From: an uncultured Clostridia bacterium
Lineage (GTDB): Bacteria; Bacillota; Clostridia; Christensenellales; CAMQZB01
Length of the DNA: 64,000 nt
Reading direction: 5' to 3'
NCBI GenBank assembly: GCA_964406735.1
Contig: CAYOSU010000005.1
Location: forward strand, 11,407-75,406
Each line of letters opens with the position of its first letter. The stretch's first letter is position 1. The translations under genes were made by a program, and so were the position numbers. Of the stretch, positions 56,791-64,000 are shown in pieces. The notes under the pieces were generated by a model that was not told the origin of the DNA, did not search any database, and worked only from the letters and a program-made list of their open reading frames with translations.

Positions 56791-57966
56791 TTATTTATTG
56801 CGTTTGAGACGGCGAAGGAACGGAGGGATGCTCGAATCCTCGTCATCGTCAAGGCTTACCGTCGTGTTGGGGATAACCTCAGCAGGCTTTACCTGTTCAA
56901 CGGGCTTTTCCTCTTTTACTGCTGCGGGCGCGGGGTTCTGAGGAGCGGTAACTACATTGTTCTTTGCTTCCTCGAGCTTGCCAAAGCCCGTAGCGATGAT
57001 GGTAACTACTACTTCGTCACTCAAGTTATCATCGATAGTCGTACCGAAGATGATGTTTGCGGAGTCGTCAACAACTTCACGAACGAGGCTGGATGCTTCG
57101 TATACTTCTTCCAATGTAAGCTCGTCGCTGTTACCCGTGATGTTCAAGATGATACCGGTTGCACCCTCGATAGTCGTTTCAAGAAGCGGAGATGCGACTG
57201 CCTGACGAACTGCCTCGAGCATTCTCTTCTCACCTTTACCTCTGCCGATACCCATGTGAGCCATACCCTGATCCTGCATGATAGCTTTTACGTCTGCAAA
57301 GTCGAGGTTGATCATACCGGGGTTGACGATAAGGTCGGAAATACCCTGAATACCCTGACGGAGCGTGTCGTCTGCTACCTTGAACGCATCGATCATTCTT
57401 GCGCCCTTGGGAACTACCTGCATGAGCTTCTCGTTAGGAATAACGACCAAGGTGTCAACGTGCTTTTTGAGCTCGTTGATACCAGCCTGAGCGTTAGCAG
57501 CTCTCTTTATTCCCTCAAACAAGAAAGGTCTCGTTACTACTGCAACGGTAAGAATACCCTGCTCTTTTGCGATCTGCGCAATGATAGGAGTAGCACCGGT
57601 TCCTGTGCCGCCGCCCATTCCGCAGGTGATGAAAAGAAGGTCTGTATCTTTAACGATCTCTGCGATGAGATCTCTACTCTCTTCTGCTGCCTTTTTGCCG
57701 ATCTCGGGCTGTGCACCAGCGCCAAGTCCCTTAGTGAGTTTTTCACCTATCTGTACGAGCTTGTCTGCATTGGAAAGAATAAGGTCCTGCTTATCGGTGT
57801 TTACGGCAATAAACTCCGCGCTCTTTACGCCAGCAAGTTTCATTCTCTTGACCGCATTGTTTCCGCCGCCGCCTACGCCGATAACCTTGATCCTTGCTAC
57901 CTGAAACTGGCTTTCAGCGTATTCCTGCGCGCTTTCATAAGTGGTGTTGTCGAAATAATCTTCCAT
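56791..57966 (-). CDS. ftsZ: cell division protein FtsZ
   Basis: [10 protein letters not shown], the tubulin signature [13 protein letters not shown] and the C-terminal peptide IPPFLRR. Confidence 0.97.
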   Translation of the reverse strand: MEDYFDNTTYESAQEYAESQFQVARIKVIGVGGGGNNAVKRMKLAGVKSAEFIAVNTDKQDLILSNADKLVQIGEKLTKGLGAGAQPEIGKKAAEESRDLIAEIVKDTDLLFITCGMGGGTGTGATPIIAQIAKEQGILTVAVVTRPFLFEGIKRAANAQAGINELKKHVDTLVVIPNEKLMQVVPKGARMIDAFKVADDTLRQGIQGISDLIVNPGMINLDFADVKAIMQDQGMAHMGIGRGKGEKRMLEAVRQAVASPLLETTIEGATGIILNITGNSDELTLEEVYEASSLVREVVDDSANIIFGTTIDDNLSDEVVVTIIATGFGKLEEAKNNVVTAPQNPAPAAVKEEKPVEQVKPAEVIPNTTVSLDDDEDSSIPPFLRRLKRNK

Positions 57967-57981
57967 TTTTGCTCTCCTTTG

Positions 57982-59136
57982 TTATTTGAAAACTCTGTCG
58001 ATAAATTTTCTTGGTTTATTTTGTTTCAGTGCCAGATCAAGCACTGCATACGTCGAACTCATGTGCGGATAGTCAAGCTGAGGTATAGCGTTCTTCGCTA
58101 AGTCTATGTTCTTGCCTATCGCTCTGCCGAGGTACTCCTTTGCACCTCTCATATAAGAGATCCCGCCGCCCGTCAGTTTGAAATTTATGTAGCTCGGGAA
58201 CTCAACGTCGCATACCTTTACGCACTTGTTGATAAGCTGTGCGATGTGGTCAAGCCTTGCCTCCACTACGTCGTGAGCTTGTCTTGCGTCAAAGGTATAA
58301 GTCTTATCCTTTGAAACGACTTCGTATTTGTCGTTCTCGCCGACCGCAAAGGTAAGCGATATTTTTCTCTTTAAGTCCTCTGCAATGTGGAAAGGAACTG
58401 AGAAGCATTCGTACAGATCCGCCGCAATATGCGCTCCGCCTACCGGGAAAGACTTCATGTAAAGCAAGCCCTCGCCGCGGATGACCATAAAGGTCGAGGT
58501 CGTATAGCCTATATCGAGCAAAACGGCGTATCTGTCTCTTGAATAAGCGTCGAGAAGATATAAGCTTTCAGCTAAGCACGAGGAGACGAACTCAATGCGC
58601 TTGAAGTCGTATTGCATGAGTATCTGCGAAACGATGTCGGTGAAGCGTCTCTTTGCGAGCACGAATGAAAGCTGTCCTGTGAGCTTTGACGTCCTCGCCT
58701 CTCTTGCGTCTATCAGAAGTCTGCCGTCGTCGCCGACGTAATATATCGGGGAACGGTTGATCAAGATGAACTCAGGGTGATCCTTGAAGGTATCGCCGCT
58801 CTCAAACAGTTCGTCTATCTCTACGTCCGTTATCTTCCTCTTGCCCTCGAAGGTAAGCGTCGGCTTTTTCAATACGACAGAGGTGAACTCGCCGGGGACT
58901 CCGACGTATACTTCCGTCATCTTAAAGCCGCACGAGCTTTCGGCGTTTTCTATGGAATAACCGAGGACGTGATATAATTCTTCCTCGTTCAAAAATTCAC
59001 CGTTCAAGTATCCGCTATATTCCATTTCGCTTCTGCCGAGGATATTGAAGGTGTTGTTTACACCCCTTTCGGCTATCATTACGTTGATCGTTGACGAACC
59101 GAAATCTATTACGGCAACCGCGCCTTTACCTGCCAC
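57982..59136 (-). CDS. ftsA: cell division protein FtsA (actin-like ATPase)
   Basis: VAVIDFGSSTINVMI phosphate-1 motif, DIGYTTSTF and LTGGGISYMRG. GTG start with a GGAGAG Shine-Dalgarno. Confidence 0.8.
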   Translation of the reverse strand: MAGKGAVAVIDFGSSTINVMIAERGVNNTFNILGRSEMEYSGYLNGEFLNEEELYHVLGYSIENAESSCGFKMTEVYVGVPGEFTSVVLKKPTLTFEGKRKITDVEIDELFESGDTFKDHPEFILINRSPIYYVGDDGRLLIDAREARTSKLTGQLSFVLAKRRFTDIVSQILMQYDFKRIEFVSSCLAESLYLLDAYSRDRYAVLLDIGYTTSTFMVIRGEGLLYMKSFPVGGAHIAADLYECFSVPFHIAEDLKRKISLTFAVGENDKYEVVSKDKTYTFDARQAHDVVEARLDHIAQLINKCVKVCDVEFPSYINFKLTGGGISYMRGAKEYLGRAIGKNIDLAKNAIPQLDYPHMSSTYAVLDLALKQNKPRKFIDRVFK

Positions 59137-59232
59137 TACTTACTCTCCTTTCAAGAGTATATAATACTCTTGCAACTGTTATGTTTGATTATAAACTAAA
59201 ACTACTGAAATGTCAATAAAAGTATGTACTAT

Positions 59233-60018
59233 TTATCTTTTTTTGAGAACGGGCATAAGGTCGTCGCCTATCACTATGACCGATTGAGGCTCGGAGGCTA
59301 GTCCGCTCGTATACGCACCCATGATATTTGCGACCTTGATATTGGTGCTTTCGCTGAAATCGTATATCAAAAGCTGAGTTCCGTATCTCGTCGTCGCCAA
59401 AAGGTTATCGTCTACGTCTACCTCTACGCTTACGAAGAAGCCCTTTATCTGAACCTCGGTGTATTCGTAATCGAGGCTATTGAGCGTTGTGAAGAAGGTG
59501 ATAGCCTTGGTTACGGCGTCGTCTTTCGTCACCTTGGGCTCGCCGCCTGCTTTTTCTACCGACTTCAACGTCTCTAAATTCTCCTTCGAGATACCCTCTA
59601 TGAGAACGCAAGCGTAGTCGCCGTCGCCGCCGACGTTCGACTGCGATATTTCAAGAAGGTGCGCACCCTTGTCGAAGATATAGTACTTGGAGTTGTAATT
59701 TATCGCAAAAAGCGGAGTGCGCTCACGAAGGGTCACTATTATCTTCGAGGGGAAGACTATCTCGATATGCTCTATCTCGGCGTAAGGGCAGTTCTCCTCG
59801 ATATCTTTGGTGAACGATGATTTTGAGAAGGTAAAGACGTTTTTGCCTTTATATTCCTCCGCAATGCCCTCCACTACATTAGTGTCGAGTCTGTTTTGTA
59901 CGCTCGTGTAATTAAACTCTATCTCGCTTATCGAAAAGAGCAGGACGAATATCCCGACCAAAACGAGAAGGACGAGAAGTACTATCAATATGGCAAACAA
60001 TGCACCTTTTTTCTTCAT
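59233..60018 (-). CDS. ftsQ: FtsQ/DivIB-type cell division protein
   Basis: Single N-terminal TM (ALFAILIVLLVLLVLVGIFVLLF) followed by a POTRA-like region. The gene sits between murA and ftsA. Confidence 0.7.
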   Translation of the reverse strand: MKKKGALFAILIVLLVLLVLVGIFVLLFSISEIEFNYTSVQNRLDTNVVEGIAEEYKGKNVFTFSKSSFTKDIEENCPYAEIEHIEIVFPSKIIVTLRERTPLFAINYNSKYYIFDKGAHLLEISQSNVGGDGDYACVLIEGISKENLETLKSVEKAGGEPKVTKDDAVTKAITFFTTLNSLDYEYTEVQIKGFFVSVEVDVDDNLLATTRYGTQLLIYDFSESTNIKVANIMGAYTSGLASEPQSVIVIGDDLMPVLKKR

Positions 60019-60021
60019 TTC

Positions 60022-61272
60022 TTATATCCTTGTTACGTCGGCGCCCAAGCTCCTCAGCTCGCTTTCGATGCTCTCGTAACCCCTGTCAACGTGGTATACG
60101 TCAGATATCTTCGACGTTCCCTCCGCCCTCATTGCGGCAAGAACGGTTGCCGCTCCGCCTCGAAGGTCAAAGCATCTCAGCGTCGTGCCGTGCAGGCTCT
60201 TTACGCCGTTTATTATCGCGGTCTTGCCGCGGATCGTTATATCCGCACCCATTCGGATAAGCTCCGACGTGTGGCGGAAGCGGGTCTCGAACATGTTTTC
60301 TTCCACGATCGACAGTCCGTCTGATACGCAGGAAAGCGCTATCATCTGCGCTTGAAGATCGGTCGGAAACCCCGGATACGGCGACGTTATCACGTTTTTT
60401 ACCGCAATAGGCTCGCCTTTCGATACTAATGTTATTTTAGCATTATTTGCGTATATTTTGCAAGCAGTTTCCCTAAGTTTTGATATTATTGCCGAAATAT
60501 GTCCGTCGTTGATGCTATTTAGCGTTATTTCACCGCCGCACATAGCACCTGCAATGAGGTAAGTGCCTGCGACTATCCTATCGGGGATAGGGCGATACGC
60601 ACAAGGGGTAAGGCGTTTTACGCCCTCTATTGCGATCTTACTCGTGCCGCCGCCGAATACCTTGCCGCCCATCTTGTTGATGAACGCCGCAAGATCCGCA
60701 ATTTCAGGCTCAGTTGCGGCGTTTTTTATTACCGTTCTTCCCGATATAAGCGTTGCCGCCATCATCAGGTTTTCGGTCGTTCCGACGGAGGGGAAATCGA
60801 GCGTTATCTCTGCTCCTTTCATTTCGCTTCCGTCGCAGATAAGGTAGCCGCCCTCCTCTCTTATTTTTACTCCAAGCCTTTTTAAGCCGTCGATATGTAA
60901 GTTTATCGGTCTTAGCCCTATGTCGCAACCGCCCGGGTACGCTATGACCGCACGCTTGAATTTCGACAGCAACGCACCCAAAAGGAATATCGAGCTTCGC
61001 ATTTTTCTCGCACGCTCTTCGGATATCGAGTAGCTTTTTATGCCGCCGGGGTCTACTATCATATCGCCGTTCTCTCTCGCCACCTTGCACCCTAAGTCGC
61101 AAAGTATCTCCTGCATCGCCGTTACGTCCGATATTTTCGGACACGCTATTATCCTCGACGCACCGTCAGCCATTATGCTTGCCGCAAGAAGGGGCAAAAC
61201 GGCGTTCTTTGCTGAGTAAATATTAAGCTCGCCGCACAGCTTTTTGCCGCCGACGACTTTTAGCTTTGACAT
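60022..61272 (-). CDS. murA: UDP-N-acetylglucosamine 1-carboxyvinyltransferase
   Basis: GELNIYSAKNAVLPLLAAS, PGGCDIGLRPINLH (active-site Cys) and YPGFPTDLQAQ. Confidence 0.9.
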   Translation of the reverse strand: MSKLKVVGGKKLCGELNIYSAKNAVLPLLAASIMADGASRIIACPKISDVTAMQEILCDLGCKVARENGDMIVDPGGIKSYSISEERARKMRSSIFLLGALLSKFKRAVIAYPGGCDIGLRPINLHIDGLKRLGVKIREEGGYLICDGSEMKGAEITLDFPSVGTTENLMMAATLISGRTVIKNAATEPEIADLAAFINKMGGKVFGGGTSKIAIEGVKRLTPCAYRPIPDRIVAGTYLIAGAMCGGEITLNSINDGHISAIISKLRETACKIYANNAKITLVSKGEPIAVKNVITSPYPGFPTDLQAQMIALSCVSDGLSIVEENMFETRFRHTSELIRMGADITIRGKTAIINGVKSLHGTTLRCFDLRGGAATVLAAMRAEGTSKISDVYHVDRGYESIESELRSLGADVTRI

Positions 61273-61297
61273 ATCATCCCTCCGTTACGTTCATAGT

Positions 61298-62416
61298 TCA
61301 TCCTATGGCAAAGCCTTGATTTTTGTGAGAGCGTGAGAGTATTCCGCCTATCGCCATGAAGACTATTATCTGCGTATTGCCCGACGAGATGAACGGAAGC
61401 GGAAGCCCTGTCGGCGGAATACTACCCGTTACCACGGCAACGTTTATTATTACCTGTACGGCTATTACGGAAGTTCCGCCAAAGCGCAACATGAAGTCGT
61501 AGCGGTCGCTTGACCTTATCGCTTGCCGAAAACCTGACAGTATCAACAAAAGGTAGCAAGACAAAAGCACGAAACAGCCGAACAGTCCGAACTCCTCCGC
61601 TATGACGGAGAAAATGAAGTCCGATTCCGAAAAAGGTAAAAACTTTTTGGCTTGACGGGAGCTTAAATAACCCGTGCCGAACAATCCGCCGTTTGATATT
61701 CCGTACAGCGACTGAATGAGCTGATAACCCTCTGCCTTGGGGCTTTGCCACGGGTCGAGAAAGGCGGCAAGCCTTGCCATGCGGTAAGGCTCTGCGATTA
61801 TCAGTATGGGTATCGCCAATACGCCTACGCCAAAGCCCAAGAGAATAAGCCTTTTATCAAGCCCTGCCGCTATCGCAATAAGAAGTGTTATCAAGGCGAT
61901 ATCGACAGTTACAGAGAGATTCGGTTCGATTATTATCAGTGCCGCAAAAGCTCCGCCGACCGCCAATATTGGCAGTATCCCCCTTAAACTCGGCGTATTT
62001 TCGTGATGTTTTGCGTAGTATTCCGCTGAAAAGAGTACCAAAGCGAGCTTGCAAAGCTCTGACGGCTGTATCGTGAAAAAGCCAAAATTCAACCATCTTT
62101 TTGCGCCGTAATTTTCTACGCCTATTCCCGGTACGAATACGAGAGCAAGCAGTATCACACACGCTATCGGGAAAGCGATATATGCCTTTCTAAAATACTT
62201 ATAGTCGAGATTTTTAGCAATAAAAAAGCCGATAGTCCCTATTCCGACGCCTACCGCCTGCTTTTTCATGTACAAAAAGCCGTCACCGTACAAGCTGTTT
62301 GCCTGGTAGTAGCTTGCTGAATATACCGCCGCAATGCCGAAAAGGCTTAACGCAAAGACGAGCACACCAACGCAGATCGGCGTTTGGTCTTTATAGGCTT
62401 CTGACGATCTCTTCAA
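61298..62416 (-). CDS. ftsW: SEDS-family peptidoglycan polymerase FtsW/SpoVE
   Basis: About 10 TM segments, FTIQPSELCKL, and FLPFSESDFIFSVIAEEFG. The TTG at 62416 (GGGGAG Shine-Dalgarno) is preferred; the ORF-track ATG at 62455 lies deep inside murD. Confidence 0.85.
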   Translation of the reverse strand: MKRSSEAYKDQTPICVGVLVFALSLFGIAAVYSASYYQANSLYGDGFLYMKKQAVGVGIGTIGFFIAKNLDYKYFRKAYIAFPIACVILLALVFVPGIGVENYGAKRWLNFGFFTIQPSELCKLALVLFSAEYYAKHHENTPSLRGILPILAVGGAFAALIIIEPNLSVTVDIALITLLIAIAAGLDKRLILLGFGVGVLAIPILIIAEPYRMARLAAFLDPWQSPKAEGYQLIQSLYGISNGGLFGTGYLSSRQAKKFLPFSESDFIFSVIAEEFGLFGCFVLLSCYLLLILSGFRQAIRSSDRYDFMLRFGGTSVIAVQVIINVAVVTGSIPPTGLPLPFISSGNTQIIVFMAIGGILSRSHKNQGFAIG

Positions 62417-63668
62417 AGCGTTCTCCCCTTTCCTCGTAGGACGAAAACATATCAAAGCTTGACGTAGCAGGGCTTAGCAAGACGTTACCGCTTTTTATCA
62501 GATACCTTGAAAGCAAGACGCATTCTTTTAAGCTATTAGCCCGCCATATCGCTTTATAGCCGCATCTTTCCGCACTTTCAAGTACTCTATCCGCGTTTTC
62601 ACCAAAGACGACGACGGCTTTTATTTTGCTCATATCGGAGCTAAACAGCTCGTCGTAGTCTACACCCTTTTCCTTGCCGCCTAAAATAAGCACGGTATCG
62701 CCCTGCATTGCCTCTATCGCAACGAGAGTGGAGCTTACGTTCGTGCCCTTGGAGTCGTTGTAATACCTGACTTTGTCTATTTCTTTTACGAACGCTATTC
62801 TGTGCGGAACGCCGTAGAAGGAGCTTATCGCACGCTCTATGTAGGTATTCTGAACTTTCAGAAGCTTTGCCATCGTTACGGCGGCAAGAACGTTATCTAC
62901 GTTATGTCTTCCGACTATCTTTAAGTTGCTGAGCCCCGTTATATAGTCGCCGTTTCCGAAAACTATGTTGTTTTTATCTAAATGAGCACCGTTGGTCTTC
63001 TCAGTTTGAGAGAAATAATATCGCTTTGACCTACCGCCGCACTCGTTTTTTAAGCTATCTGGAAGCACCAAAAAGTCTTTCTCGTCCTGGTTTTCGTATA
63101 TACGCTTCTTTGCCATAAAGTAGCTTTCTTTCGTCTTATGCCTATCGAGATGATCGGGAGAAAGATTTAATATTGCCGCTATTTTCGGCTTGAAGCCGCT
63201 TATTCCCTCAAGCTGAAAGGATGAGCACTCAACGACCGCTACAAAGTCGTTTTTTGGCTTTATCGCCGTTATCGGAAAGCCTATATTTCCGCACAAAGCA
63301 CTTTCTTTTCCCTCTTCTTTGAGCATCTTTGAGAGCAATGTTACCGTCGTCGTCTTTCCGTTAGTACCCGTTACCGCGACTATATCGCAGCTAAAAAAGC
63401 TCGCTCCGTATTCAAGCTCGGATATTACGTTTATATCATGGCTTTTGAGAAAACCGACAAGCTCTATATCAAGCGGAACGCCGGGAGATATTACCGCAAG
63501 AGATATTTTGTTGCCGCTTATCAGCTCCTTTATCTCGCTTTCAGTCAGGTAGCCGCTTTTTTGATCGTATATATACGCTTTTCTGCCTTGCTCTATTACC
63601 TTTTTTGCGACCGCTTTGCCGCTTTGTCCGTAGCCTATTACCAAAACGCCGTTATCTGAATATTCCAT
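62391..63668 (-). CDS. murD: UDP-N-acetylmuramoylalanine--D-glutamate ligase
   Basis: VTGTNGKTTT P-loop, the Mur ligase middle and C-terminal patterns, and the N-terminus VIGYGQSGKA. Confidence 0.9.
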   Translation of the reverse strand: MEYSDNGVLVIGYGQSGKAVAKKVIEQGRKAYIYDQKSGYLTESEIKELISGNKISLAVISPGVPLDIELVGFLKSHDINVISELEYGASFFSCDIVAVTGTNGKTTTVTLLSKMLKEEGKESALCGNIGFPITAIKPKNDFVAVVECSSFQLEGISGFKPKIAAILNLSPDHLDRHKTKESYFMAKKRIYENQDEKDFLVLPDSLKNECGGRSKRYYFSQTEKTNGAHLDKNNIVFGNGDYITGLSNLKIVGRHNVDNVLAAVTMAKLLKVQNTYIERAISSFYGVPHRIAFVKEIDKVRYYNDSKGTNVSSTLVAIEAMQGDTVLILGGKEKGVDYDELFSSDMSKIKAVVVFGENADRVLESAERCGYKAIWRANSLKECVLLSRYLIKSGNVLLSPATSSFDMFSSYEERGERFEEIVRSL

Positions 63669-64000
63669 CGTTACCTCCGAATACGGAAAAAAGAACTAAA
63701 ACCGCCGCAACTATCGTTACAAGAGCGTATATCGCTACTATCCTATTCTCGTGCAAGCCCTTTTTCTGCAAGTGGTGATGCAAAGGAGCCATCAGAAATA
63801 TTCGCTTTCCACCCGTTATTTTGAAATAAACGACCTGCAATATATCCGAAAGCCCGGTAATTACGTACGCTATGCCTATTATCGGAATAAAAAGCGTTAA
63901 GCCCGTAGATACCGTCATTGCGGACAAAAACGCACCCAAAAACAGCGAGCCGACATCTCCCATAAATACGTATGCGGGAAAGCAGTTGACTATGAAATAG
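63652..64000 (-). CDS. mraY: phospho-N-acetylmuramoyl-pentapeptide transferase, C-terminal part (the gene continues past the right window edge)
   Basis: GDVGSLFLGAFL...RIFLMAPLHHHLQKKG is the conserved MraY C-terminus. The reading frame stays open to position 64000. Confidence 0.9.
   Translation of the reverse strand, partial: YFIVNCFPAYVFMGDVGSLFLGAFLSAMTVSTGLTLFIPIIGIAYVITGLSDILQVVYFKITGGKRIFLMAPLHHHLQKKGLHENRIVAIYALVTIVAAVLVLFSVFGGNDGIFR

Overview
This window looks like a core-chromosome segment of a spore-forming Firmicute, probably a Clostridia-class organism. The evidence is spoIVA, the spoIIGA-sigE-sigG cluster, a ylmC/ymxH gene, two T-box leaders and low-to-mid GC content. Coding density is high and nearly all long ORFs are recognisable housekeeping genes.

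From left to right the window contains:
- a partial GH36-like gene in an apparent operon with a fused ABC ATPase/FtsX permease, a lipoprotein and a small unknown protein
- an Mrp/NBP35 ATPase, a uridine-kinase-like fusion protein, and an EamA-mtnN pair
- a Met T-box leader followed by metNIQ
- tRNA-Arg(ACG), followed by an odd tandem repeat built from its own 3' end
- pnuC, degV, then leuS with two GNAT genes and udk
- a small glycoside-utilisation locus (GH-D hydrolase, MFS, TetR, GH35-like hydrolase)
- trxB and cdd, then a PIG-L deacetylase
- the macromolecular-synthesis operon (dGTPase-dnaG-sigA-sigA-trmK-nif3-zinc ribbon), which carries two tandem full-length sigA paralogs
- gap, an M29 aminopeptidase, a GT2 glycosyltransferase and fba
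- an XRE/cupin regulator followed by potABCD
- a Rho-like protein with degenerate ATPase motifs, a DUF1934 gene and spoIVA
- a T-box leader followed by brnQ
- nrdR, a DUF512 gene and der
- a DUF1294 variant
- ylmC, sigG, sigE, spoIIGA, ftsZ, ftsA, ftsQ, murA, ftsW, murD and a partial mraY

I found no transposase, integrase, CRISPR array or recognisable defence gene.

The observations most worth following up are:
1. The full-length Rho homolog whose Walker A and catalytic motifs are lost. It is translationally overlapped with a DUF1934 gene next to spoIVA.
2. The roughly 160-bp tandem structured repeat downstream of tRNA-Arg. It re-uses the tRNA 3' end in both direct and inverted orientation.
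3. The tandem sigA duplication.

All functional calls come from reading the supplied translations and recalling family motifs from memory. No database search was run.
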